This document shows positions 1-8,924 of a stretch of DNA of 64,000 bases, piece by piece. The number at the start of each line of letters is the position of its first letter. Positions within the stretch are counted from its first letter, which is position 1. Source of the stretch: an uncultured Ignavibacteria bacterium (GTDB lineage Bacteria; Bacteroidota; Ignavibacteria; Tepidaquicellales; OLB5); NCBI GenBank assembly GCA_963816535.1, contig CAWFKW010000006.1, forward strand, positions 324,334 through 388,333, written 5' to 3'. The notes beneath the pieces are model-generated. The model was given only the letters and a program-made list of their open reading frames with translations, did not search any database and was not told the origin of the DNA. Made by a program: the position numbers and the translations under genes.

Positions 1-2
1 TT

Positions 3-722
3 GAACTTCAGGAAAAAATTCATCAGGAAAAGGAAGAACAAAAGAAAATCAGAGAGCAAATGCGCGAAGAACAGAAAGTGCAAATCGAAATGGAGAAAGC
101 TAAACAAGATGCAGAACATGAAGAGGCAATATATCAAAAAGCTTTGGAAAAAGCCAAGGCTGATGTTTCCAAGACAACGGGCACAGAACTTGATCTTCTA
201 AACGAAAAAATCAAAACACTTGAACAAAACTTGCAAAAGGCGCAAGAGCAGAAAGCAAGAGCAATTTCCCGGGCTCAACAAACAAAATCAGGATATGTTT
301 ACATCATCTCGAACATAGGTTCATTTGGTGAAAATGTTTATAAATTTGGGATGACAAGAAGATTAGATCCTCAAGATAGAATCGATGAACTCGGTAATGC
401 TTCTGTTCCGTTTGATTTTGACGTTCACGGTTTAGTTTATACTGAAAATGCACCTGAATTGGAAAACAAACTACATTCTCATCTAAATGAAAAAAGACTT
501 AATCTGGTTCATTTGCGCAGAGAATTCTTTAACGTAACAATGGAAGAGATTGAGCAAGTTATTAAAGAATTTAATCTCGATATCCAGTTAACAAAATTAG
601 CAGAGGCTAAGGAATACAGAATGTCTCAGTCTATAAGAGAAAGCAAGCAGAAACAAACAGCAAATCAAGCAGATGCGACAGTAACGAAGGAACTTGATAA
701 ATTTCCAACGTCTTTAAACTGA
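3..722 (+). CDS. DUF4041-like coiled-coil protein with C-terminal T5orf172 (GIY-YIG-like) domain; 5' end lies outside the window
   Basis: Frame 3 is open from nt 3 (ELQEKIHQEKEEQKK...) to TGA at 720-722. The N-terminal part is K/E/Q-rich coiled coil. It is followed by GYVYIISN..VYKFGMTRR..DRIDELG..VPFDFDVH..LE..LH, which is typical of T5orf172/MUG113 domains. Confidence 0.7.
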   Translation, partial: ELQEKIHQEKEEQKKIREQMREEQKVQIEMEKAKQDAEHEEAIYQKALEKAKADVSKTTGTELDLLNEKIKTLEQNLQKAQEQKARAISRAQQTKSGYVYIISNIGSFGENVYKFGMTRRLDPQDRIDELGNASVPFDFDVHGLVYTENAPELENKLHSHLNEKRLNLVHLRREFFNVTMEEIEQVIKEFNLDIQLTKLAEAKEYRMSQSIRESKQKQTANQADATVTKELDKFPTSLN

Positions 723-776
723 TGAGGGCTTTTTGACCCTACATTTCTTCGAGTCGTAGATTAGCTTCAGAATTAA

Positions 777-806
777 ACCGTTGTAAGTGATTACAGCGGT
801 TTTTTG
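777..806 (+). terminator. Rho-independent terminator
   Basis: ACCGTTGTAA-gtga-TTACAGCGGT stem (10 bp, one G-U pair) followed by TTTTTT. It lies 55 nt after the stop at 722. Confidence 0.7.
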
Positions 807-891
807 TTTTATTATAGATACTTAGGCCGATATATCGTTTTCATCTCCAAATAATAGCTTATATTTAGCAAAGTAAATAAATAATACAACT

Positions 892-1797
892 ATGAAACAA
901 AAGTTATTTACGCTCATCCTTACATTATCAATAATTTCAATAAATAGTTATTCACAAAGCAAACATGAAACAGCGTCTGTTTCTCTCGGGTATGATTCGC
1001 TGTTATTCGACGGCGAAAATGGGAACCAATACAATTTATTAAATACATCAGACGGTAAATGTAAGATAAAAGTTCAGGATGTTTTCGGGGATGCAACGGG
1101 AACATTCATGGTTGATACGGTATTTGAAACCTGCGGAGAGAAGCATACAGATAAGGTCCGCAAAACCGGGCCGCTAAAAAGAGGGGTTGAGTTGATACCC
1201 GGATATGAAATAACCACCGGCGGAGAGGGATATAAGGGCAAGTCAGGGCACTTATATTCTAATATACTTATGCTGGATTTAGGCCCATCAGCTGTGATGC
1301 TCGGCAGAAGAACCAGCGCTATTGTAGGCTCTGATTGTGAAATAAAACTTAATACCGGCTCCGCATTGGTTTCAGGCGACCATGAAATTATTACACCAAG
1401 AACAATAATAACGCATAAACAGACTAAGTATTCTGTAGAAAGCGTTCCGGACGGGTCGGATACAATGGATATTGTAAAAGTATTTGAAGGATCAGTTAAG
1501 GTAAATCCGCATACAAACACAGATTCTTCGGTCGCTCATTTCAAAAAAATAGGCGATATGCAGACTGAAATGGCTAAATTGAATGATGATTTGATAAATA
1601 AAAGAATTACAGTTGATGAGTACAAAGCTAAGATCACAGAATTAAACAATGAAATGAAAACAAGTGAAAATAGTCTGTCCAAAGAAGTTGATGTTAATGC
1701 AGGCTATCAGTGTACCGTTGACCACACCGGCAAAATTTCCGACCCTGTCCCGATTGAAACAACCGAAACCCAATGGTTCGAAGATGTGGACAAGTAA
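892..1797 (+). CDS. Hypothetical secreted protein
   Basis: 301-aa ORF with an N-terminal signal-like segment (MKQKLFTLILTLSIISINSYSQ). It is flanked by terminators. No family motif recognised. Confidence 0.55.
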   Translation: MKQKLFTLILTLSIISINSYSQSKHETASVSLGYDSLLFDGENGNQYNLLNTSDGKCKIKVQDVFGDATGTFMVDTVFETCGEKHTDKVRKTGPLKRGVELIPGYEITTGGEGYKGKSGHLYSNILMLDLGPSAVMLGRRTSAIVGSDCEIKLNTGSALVSGDHEIITPRTIITHKQTKYSVESVPDGSDTMDIVKVFEGSVKVNPHTNTDSSVAHFKKIGDMQTEMAKLNDDLINKRITVDEYKAKITELNNEMKTSENSLSKEVDVNAGYQCTVDHTGKISDPVPIETTETQWFEDVDK

Positions 1798-1832
1798 AAC
1801 CCCGGAATACTGCAAGCAAAGTAATGGCAATA

Positions 1833-1860
1833 AAAATGGCTCGAAATTTCGAGCCATTTT
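1833..1860. terminator. Bidirectional terminator between convergent genes
   Basis: Perfect palindrome AAAATGGCTCGAAATTTCGAGCCATTTT, with an A-run on one side and a T-run on the other. It lies between the + gene ending at 1797 and the - gene ending at 1912. Confidence 0.75.
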
Positions 1861-1911
1861 CTATGTTAGAATTACTTATTTATCGCGGTTTTAAAATGCG
1901 AATAAGAATCG

Positions 1912-3591
1912 TCATTTTGTTAATGCAAGCTTTCTTATTTCAGAATAACTACCGGCGGTCATCCTGTAAAAGTAAAGACCTGATGCAAGCGAGCTCATCG
2001 AAAGCGATATTTCATAGCTTCCCTGGTTCATGTATTCATTAACAGGCGTCATAACCTCGCGCCCAAGAACATCATAGATCGAGATCCGTACGTTTGATGC
2101 CTGTCCAACGTCGAACCTGATGGTCGTGGACGGGTTAAACGGATTCGGGAAATTCTGGTTGAGCGCAAAGCTGTTTGGCGGCGCAGTCTCAAGATTTGTG
2201 ACGCCGGTTATATTCCCTGGCATGAATGACCCTGTGCCGTACTTAGCGCAAACCATGTTGGAGATCACTCGATGTGTTGTCGGAAGCCCTGCAAGGAAAC
2301 CGGTGATATACAAGTTTCCGTTATAGTCGGTCGCGAGGTCGTACCCGCAGTCGGTTCCGTTATTTGAAATGTGATACTTAGCCCTCAGAGTTCCATTACC
2401 TCTCAGAGAAAGGACGACAATATCTTCGCTTCCTGCAGCCGCTGATTGCTTGCTTGAGCCAATTACATAATATGTGCTGTCGCCGTATCTTGCAACCGAG
2501 TATGCAATATCCGCGTTATGCGCCGTCGGGTCGTCATATCTCGAAAGGAACTGCTGAGTCCCGTCTGAAGCTTTGTACTTGATTGTAAGATAATCTTCGG
2601 TGTTTGCCGCAGTCGAGCTTTTGCTTGAACCTGTTACAACAACGTCTCCTGAGCTTGCAAAAATAATTTTCCTTGCGATGTCGTCGCTGTTAGCCGAACC
2701 GTTGTAAGTTTTCAGCCACTGCTGCGCTCCCGATGTATTGTATTTAATAGTAACGAAATCTTTTCCGTTGCTGTAGGTAATAACGTACCCAGTAATGTAA
2801 CTGTTGCCTGAACCGTCTGTAACTATTGAATTCGATTCTCCGTCGGTATTTGTGCACTCGCCGTTTGATGTAGCAATCCACTGGCGGGCGCCTGCAGAAT
2901 TGTATTTGACGGTCTCGAATTGTTTATAATTGCCGTTCCCTGAAGCCAGAGTATATCCTGTTACATAAATATTTGAACTGTTATCCACGGCAATTCCGTT
3001 CACGCCGTTTGTGCCTGAAGTGCCGTCCCCGGTTTTTACCCATTGCTGGGTTCCGGCCGGGTTGTACTTAATTACCGTTAATTGATTTCCGCCGTTGCCG
3101 TAACTGTATCCGCCTATAATAGGGTTGCCGGCCGCATCTAAAACGATGCAGGTTGCAACATCGGGATGGCTGCCTGAGCTTGTATATCTTTGCATCCACA
3201 TCATTGCCCCGTCGGGGCCGTATTTAATGAGCGTCATATCTTTATCAGATGAAGCGCCTGTGCTTGTTCCGGCAACGTAGATATATCCGGAAGCGTCTTT
3301 TGCTATAGCGTAGCCTTCGTCAGTGGAGTTGCCTGGCCCGTTATAAATGGCCTTCCATTGCAGCGATCCGTCTGCGCCGTATTTAATTGTTGTGATATCG
3401 TGGCCTGAAACAGGGCCTGAGGTATAACCGGTTATGTATGAATTTCCTGAAGAGTCAACCGTAATTGCTGTCCCAACATTTTCCCCGTCCCCCGAACCGC
3501 TGAAGCGATCCAAAAACACTGGCTGCGTATAAGTGTTTCCCCCGAAACACAATGCCAGAAAACTGAGTAGAATAGAAAGTTTTGTTTTCAT
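1912..3591 (-). CDS. SBBP-type beta-propeller repeat protein with T9SS C-terminal sorting domain
   Basis: Signal peptide. At least 8 repeats of the form SGN.YITGYT / SGYIYVAGTS / NGNLYITGFL. C-terminus reads NQNFPNPFNPSTTIRFDV...GLYFYRMTAGSYSEIRKLALTK. Confidence 0.8.
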   Translation of the reverse strand: MKTKLSILLSFLALCFGGNTYTQPVFLDRFSGSGDGENVGTAITVDSSGNSYITGYTSGPVSGHDITTIKYGADGSLQWKAIYNGPGNSTDEGYAIAKDASGYIYVAGTSTGASSDKDMTLIKYGPDGAMMWMQRYTSSGSHPDVATCIVLDAAGNPIIGGYSYGNGGNQLTVIKYNPAGTQQWVKTGDGTSGTNGVNGIAVDNSSNIYVTGYTLASGNGNYKQFETVKYNSAGARQWIATSNGECTNTDGESNSIVTDGSGNSYITGYVITYSNGKDFVTIKYNTSGAQQWLKTYNGSANSDDIARKIIFASSGDVVVTGSSKSSTAANTEDYLTIKYKASDGTQQFLSRYDDPTAHNADIAYSVARYGDSTYYVIGSSKQSAAAGSEDIVVLSLRGNGTLRAKYHISNNGTDCGYDLATDYNGNLYITGFLAGLPTTHRVISNMVCAKYGTGSFMPGNITGVTNLETAPPNSFALNQNFPNPFNPSTTIRFDVGQASNVRISIYDVLGREVMTPVNEYMNQGSYEISLSMSSLASGLYFYRMTAGSYSEIRKLALTK

Positions 3592-4169
3592 CGGGATTGT
3601 TTGTTTTAATTAATGAATGATTATTAATAAAAAATTCTGAAACTGAATTTTTTTTATGTGTAAAGAACTCCCTCTTTACCGTAAAGCTATTTATAAAATT
3701 CCGATTCAACAATCACTCAAAAAGGGTAAACGCGTGTTCATCAAAAAAAAATACATTTAACGTTTGTATACTGTGAAAAGGTGAGGAAAATAAAAGACAT
3801 AAAGCTTATAATTGACGTTAATTTATAAGCGATACGTCTTTTACCGTTCAATTAAATCATAGCGTGAAAAGGTGAGAAGATACGCGAGAAAACGGGCACG
3901 CGGGCTTAATTTCAATATATTTCTCTTTGGCTTGGCAAATATAGAACGCATCATTTTATTCCTGTAAACCGTTCAATTAAGACTAAGCAAAGAAATGTAT
4001 TGATTGAGGATTGCCTGATGAAATAGAGGCTTTCCACATTAACCGCGGGAAACTATCGCTTTGAGTCAAAAGAATTTGCCGGCTATGTGTTGATATGGCT
4101 GTTGGCAAGGATCAAGGGCCGACTTAAAAGACGGCGGGAAATCGAACTGAACGAGTATTTTTTTTATAA

Positions 4170-5390
4170 CTAAAGATATATTATTTCTTTTTTATTGAAC
4201 AAATAAAGGAACATTAACAGGTAATCCCTGATATGCCTCGTGATCAGAAAATTATCTTTGATATGTTCTTTTCCGTTTATTCCAAGCTCTCTTGCGTAAA
4301 CCGGTTCATTAAGAAGCTGTTTCAGATAATACGCCGTTCCGTCAATTGAATAGCTGAGGATCCCCGAATATTGGTGCTTTATCTGCAGCGGGATGCCTCC
4401 TACGGCGCCGGCAATAACCGGCTTTCCTTTCCAAAGCGCTTCAGCCACGGTTAAGCCGAATCCTTCTTTCAGAGATTTCTGAAGTATTACAGTGGAAGCC
4501 CTTTGCAGCGCATTTATTTCTATGTTGCTTGAAGGCGGCAGGAACAGAATATGTATATCCGGGTCGGCGCCGGCGGCTTCCCGGACTTCATCAAGAACTT
4601 TCATGCCTTCTGGATCGTCGGTAGCTCCGCCGCCCGCAAGAACAAGCTGACAATCAATGTACTTCTTGACTTTTTTGTATACGTGCACCACGCCGACCGG
4701 GTCCTTAAGATAATCAAACCTTGAGATCTGGGTTACAATGGGCCTGCTCAGATCCAGCCCGAAGCTTTCCGCAATTTGTTTAACCTGTTCCGGCGGGAGC
4801 GGCTTGTTTTTATCCGCAAGCGGGTCGATAGAGGGAGGGATCAGGATTTGCAGTATATCAAGCTTCCTGGAAAACGCGGGCGCCGAAAAAACCGCGCAAT
4901 CGTATTGACAGATGTACTTATTGAGGAAGTTCATCACATCTGCCTGCGGGCTTGTGAAATCTATATGGCATCTCCATGCCCAGCGTCCTCTGACTTTATT
5001 TCTCTGTTCAACCAGCGCAACGGGCTGAGGATCGTGTATAAAGAACACATCGGCTTTAAGGTTCATGTTCTTCACGTTTTGCTCGTTAATTTCCAGGAAG
5101 TAGTCAAAATCTTCTTTTGTAAACGCTGTTTCGGAACCGTGAAGCGCGTTGTGCATTCTTTTGGTTATATCAAAATATTTTTCGTCTCCCTTAATCACAT
5201 CCCATTTCGCATTTACTCCAAGCTGTTCAAGCAGCGGGATCACCCTGGAGAGTATTTCGGCTACTCCGCCGCCAACCGCCGTCGAATTTATATTCAGTAT
5301 GGTTTTGCCTTTAAGCTTCCGGGAAAGAAGAAACAGGTCGTCGATGCGGCTCTGCCCAACAACTTCAGCGTAATCCTCAAGATTATTCAT
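4170..5390 (-). CDS. treT: Trehalose glycosyltransferring synthase (TreT-like GT4 glycosyltransferase)
   Basis: Blocks NSTAVGGGVAEIL, HDPQP, WRCHID, PPSIDPL, ITQISRFD, DDPEG, LQKSLKEGFGLTVAEALWKGKPVI, VGGIPLQI and NFLITRH match archaeal TreT as I remember it. It is the last gene of the trehalose operon. Confidence 0.75.
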   Translation of the reverse strand: MNNLEDYAEVVGQSRIDDLFLLSRKLKGKTILNINSTAVGGGVAEILSRVIPLLEQLGVNAKWDVIKGDEKYFDITKRMHNALHGSETAFTKEDFDYFLEINEQNVKNMNLKADVFFIHDPQPVALVEQRNKVRGRWAWRCHIDFTSPQADVMNFLNKYICQYDCAVFSAPAFSRKLDILQILIPPSIDPLADKNKPLPPEQVKQIAESFGLDLSRPIVTQISRFDYLKDPVGVVHVYKKVKKYIDCQLVLAGGGATDDPEGMKVLDEVREAAGADPDIHILFLPPSSNIEINALQRASTVILQKSLKEGFGLTVAEALWKGKPVIAGAVGGIPLQIKHQYSGILSYSIDGTAYYLKQLLNEPVYARELGINGKEHIKDNFLITRHIRDYLLMFLYLFNKKEIIYL

Positions 5391-6021
5391 ATTCTTTTAC
5401 AAGTTTAATTATATTTTTTCTCAATCCTTCAAGCGTAGTTGTATAAGGATCCAGCCGGGATACTTTTTCTGCAAGTTCTTTCTGCCCGATGGTATCAAAC
5501 CATTCGGCAAAGTCATTTCTTTTTCTGCCAAGCCTCAACTGTGTTTCAAAAACATGGTAATAAAAAGAGTCGATTGTGACTTTCTCCATAATTTCGGCAA
5601 ATTCCTTTAGATTTGACGCTTTATATTTCAGGGGGATGCAGAATGTCTTGCATGACATAAACTGAAAAGCGTCTCCCTCGTTGCAATTTACGTTATAAGC
5701 CTCTTTGCTGCGGAAATCTTCCAGCTTTGATACAAATGCCTGCCTCAAATCCTCGATACTTTTGAATGCAGTTATGTTGACGCTTGCAACCTGTTCGCCC
5801 AGCTCTCTCTGGTTTATTACATTTCTTATCCAGTAAGCAAAGTCATTTGGCGGTTCGGGGATCAGGTAATGATGCTGTTTCAGAAACCTGTGAGTATGAT
5901 AATAAATACAGCTATCAGGGGCTGTCTTAATATTTTCAAGAAGGCCCGCAACGTTGCGCGTCTTGATTCCCATCAAAACCGGGAGGTTGTATTCGGAATA
6001 AAAATGAAACGTCCTAGACAT
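5383..6021 (-). CDS. Conserved hypothetical protein, translationally coupled within the trehalose operon
   Basis: 212-aa ORF overlapping both neighbours by 8 nt. It has an internal repeat (NDFAYWIRNVINQRELGEQVASVN versus NDFAEWFDTIGQKELAEKVSRLD). Confidence 0.6.
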   Translation of the reverse strand: MSRTFHFYSEYNLPVLMGIKTRNVAGLLENIKTAPDSCIYYHTHRFLKQHHYLIPEPPNDFAYWIRNVINQRELGEQVASVNITAFKSIEDLRQAFVSKLEDFRSKEAYNVNCNEGDAFQFMSCKTFCIPLKYKASNLKEFAEIMEKVTIDSFYYHVFETQLRLGRKRNDFAEWFDTIGQKELAEKVSRLDPYTTTLEGLRKNIIKLVKEYE

Positions 6022-8215
6022 TTATCATGCTCCTTAATAATTTTCTTAATTCTCCAATATTCAGAAGATTAAACCGGGCATGCGAAGAGAGCGCTCCCAT
6101 TTTTACGGTGTAAGCGCTATCAGGCAGAGCCTTGAACATATCTTCGTCTGTCCAGTCATCGCCGGCGGCGAAAATAAAATCATATTTAGCTTCATCAGTC
6201 AGCGTTTTGATAATGGCGCCTTTGTTTACGCCGTTATTTCTTATTTCGATAATTTTATTTCCCTGCATTACCTGCACATCCATATTAGCCGTAAGTTGAA
6301 CAAGGTCGTCCATTATTTCTTTTGCTTTCACTGAGCTCTGCTCAGGGTCCGATTTCCTGTAATGCCAAACGAGGGCAAATTCTTTTTCCTCAACGAAAGA
6401 GCCGGGAAGCAGGTCGGCAAAATTTTCAAGCAAAGGAAATATTAATCTTTTCCAATCGGCGTTCAAAACGGTCTGCTGTTTCCATTCATGCCCTTTGTCT
6501 TTCAGCCATGCCCCATGCTCCGCGGCAAGCGTAATATAAAACCCGCCAAACCAATCTTCCATCGTGCTTCTATCCCTTCCGCTGATCATAACTAATCTTG
6601 TATTTTTACAAGAACATAGTTCGCCGATCAATTTCTGCAGCTCATGGCCAGGCGCGGCCTGCTCCGGGTGAACTTCGAAAGGCGCTAATGTGCCGTCGTA
6701 ATCCAAAAATAATATTTTGTTCTTTGCTGTTCTAAACGAGCTAACAATTTCCTTTTTATGTTCTGAATCAAGTATCTTAGCGCCCCATTGTTTTTGGTTT
6801 TTCTTTACATCACCCAGCGAAGCGATGAAAAGTTCGGCCCACCTGTTGACATTGTATCTCTTAATTCTTGAGCGCATCACAATGTTTCTTCTCTTCTGTT
6901 CCTCGGCGGGCATTTCTAAAGCCTCCTTAATTGCAGAGGCAATTTCATTTGTATTGTTCGGGTTTATTATCAGAGCTTCCCCGAGTTCCTTTGACGCGCC
7001 TGCCATTTCGCTCAGTATTAATACTCCCGAAAGATCTGTTTTACAGGCCAAATACTCTTTTGAGATCAGGTTCATACCGTCTCTTAGCGGTGTAATAAGC
7101 GCGGCGTCGCTCGCTTTATACAATCCCGACAAGGCGTTCTGGTTTATGAACCTGTACTGGTATATGATAGGCGTCCAGCTAATATTGCCGTATTTTCCGT
7201 TTATGTAACCTACAAGCTCGTTTATTTCCCTTTTCATCAGGCTGTATTTTTCAACTCCGATCCTTGAAGGCACAACTATCATAAGCAGGTTGACCTTGTT
7301 GTGCCACCCGGGATTAGATTTAAGAAACTGCTTGAATCCTTTCAGCCTGTTTAAGATGCCTTTGGTGTAATCAAGCCTGTCAATCGAGAGAAGTATCTTA
7401 CAGTTTTCAAATTTTTCGTTGATGGTTCTTATCTCGTTTTCAGCTTCGGCGCTTGATGACGACCTGACAAAACTATCGTAGTCAATACCCATAGGGAACG
7501 TTTCGGCGTGTACGAGCCGTTCGGGATGAAAAATCTGGCCCAAGTTGATCTCGTAGCCGAGCAATCTCTGTACGCAGCTGAAGAAATATTTTGTGTAGTC
7601 ATAAGTATGGAATCCCACGAGGTCAGCGCCTAAAATTCCTTCAAGTATCCCTCGCCTCCAGTCTTTTGGCAGCATTCTGAATATTTCAAAGGACGGGAAC
7701 GGTATGTGAAGGAAGAAACCTATTTTTGCATCGGGAATTTTATCCCTGATAAGCTTGGGAAGCAGCATGAGGTGATAATCGTGGATCCAGATAGTATCGC
7801 CCGGGGAAACAATTTTCAGGATCTCATCGCAGAAAGTCTGGTTTACTTTCTTATAGATTTCCCATGATTCCTCATCATAAACTGCATAAGAAGTAAAATA
7901 GTGGAACAGCGGCCATATAGTTTTGTTGCAGAAACCGAGGTAGAATTTATCCATCACTTTTTCCGGAACGAACACAGGCTTCAGGTTAAGCGACGAAGCT
8001 TCTGCCAGAAAGGCCTGTTTATTCGATTCAGAAAGCGCTCTTCCGGGCCAGCCAATCCATTTGTAATCGGAATTCTTATCCTTTGCGCCTTTGATTGAAG
8101 AAAGGTAGGCGCTTACTCCTGAAACCAATCCTCCAGAGCTTTCCCTCAAAGAAATTCCTCCCTCATCCTCAATAATCGTAACAGGAAGCCTGTTTGAAAC
8201 AATCAATAAGCTCAT
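6014..8215 (-). CDS. otsA: Bifunctional trehalose-6-phosphate synthase/phosphatase (GT20 OtsA fused to HAD OtsB)
   Basis: 733 aa. The N-terminal part is SNRLPV...GGLVSG...WIHDYHLMLLP...GFFLHIPFP...LRDGMNL (GT20). The C-terminal part is LFLDYDGTL...GDDWTDEDMF (HAD phosphatase). Confidence 0.9.
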   Translation of the reverse strand: MSLLIVSNRLPVTIIEDEGGISLRESSGGLVSGVSAYLSSIKGAKDKNSDYKWIGWPGRALSESNKQAFLAEASSLNLKPVFVPEKVMDKFYLGFCNKTIWPLFHYFTSYAVYDEESWEIYKKVNQTFCDEILKIVSPGDTIWIHDYHLMLLPKLIRDKIPDAKIGFFLHIPFPSFEIFRMLPKDWRRGILEGILGADLVGFHTYDYTKYFFSCVQRLLGYEINLGQIFHPERLVHAETFPMGIDYDSFVRSSSSAEAENEIRTINEKFENCKILLSIDRLDYTKGILNRLKGFKQFLKSNPGWHNKVNLLMIVVPSRIGVEKYSLMKREINELVGYINGKYGNISWTPIIYQYRFINQNALSGLYKASDAALITPLRDGMNLISKEYLACKTDLSGVLILSEMAGASKELGEALIINPNNTNEIASAIKEALEMPAEEQKRRNIVMRSRIKRYNVNRWAELFIASLGDVKKNQKQWGAKILDSEHKKEIVSSFRTAKNKILFLDYDGTLAPFEVHPEQAAPGHELQKLIGELCSCKNTRLVMISGRDRSTMEDWFGGFYITLAAEHGAWLKDKGHEWKQQTVLNADWKRLIFPLLENFADLLPGSFVEEKEFALVWHYRKSDPEQSSVKAKEIMDDLVQLTANMDVQVMQGNKIIEIRNNGVNKGAIIKTLTDEAKYDFIFAAGDDWTDEDMFKALPDSAYTVKMGALSSHARFNLLNIGELRKLLRSMINV

Positions 8216-8924
8216 ATGGCTCCGTCTCCTTCAACTCTTCATAATATAATAAAAGCGTACATATTCAAAAAAGTTTCGTTTTATTTAATTATTTCGGCGC
8301 CGCACACTAGTCCGTGTCAAAACCCTCGCCGCTTGAGCAGCATATGTCAAGCAGCGATATTCTCGTTTCTTTTTTCAAAAAACCTGATATAAAAGGACGG
8401 CACAGCGTCTTAATGTACATATCTTCCCAGTATTTGCGGACATTATCTTTTGGCCCGAACAAACCTGCATCCCCGTCTCCGTAAAATCCTTTTGACGCGG
8501 CAGATTCGTATAATCAGTTCTTTTCTGATTGATGTTGATCATTTTGAGGTGATTATTAAAATTTGAACGAAATTGTGAATGGCGTATGCTTAATTAAGAG
8601 CGAACAGAATATCTTTTGTAATTGTGGTTATATTGCCAATATAAAAAAATTTAAATGAATCGCAAGGTAAACACGAAATAAATCCCTAATGTCTGAAAAA
8701 TTATTTATCATAGGTTCATGATTTCTATTTGAGGGCACATAGCCTCATATTGCATCGCAATTACAGGAACGGATTTTCCTTTTTACGCCTATGCTCAGCT
8801 TTTACGAATGCCATACTGAAAAGCAATCGGCCATGGCTTATATAAAGCAAATAGAATTTTATGTGAAATTATTATTTTGTAAATTTAAAAGATGGCGGTT
8901 TTAACGCAAATTATAAGCATATAA

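Noticed and set aside
1-201. 66-aa lysine-rich ORF at the window start
   Set aside because: It is an alternative frame of the A/G-rich coiled-coil coding region of the DUF4041-like gene, whose frame-3 reading has clear domain content.
4776-5408. Long antisense or alternate-frame ORFs inside large genes (for example 4776-5408, 6717-7208, 12430-13014, 16640-17221, 37605-38229, 52783-53499, 59463-59993, 60654-61166)
   Set aside because: Each lies entirely within a gene that has strong family motifs on the other strand or frame. Their composition is low-complexity or mirror-codon in character. They are treated as non-coding.
8700-8924. Fluoride riboswitch (crcB motif) upstream of the ClC gene
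   Set aside because: Only a weak resemblance was found (aaaaGATGGCGGTTTTAACGC at about 8890). The conserved pseudoknot and 3' CUAAUGAUGCCUAC-like segment are not present. The channel has the GKEGP motif typical of chloride-type ClC.
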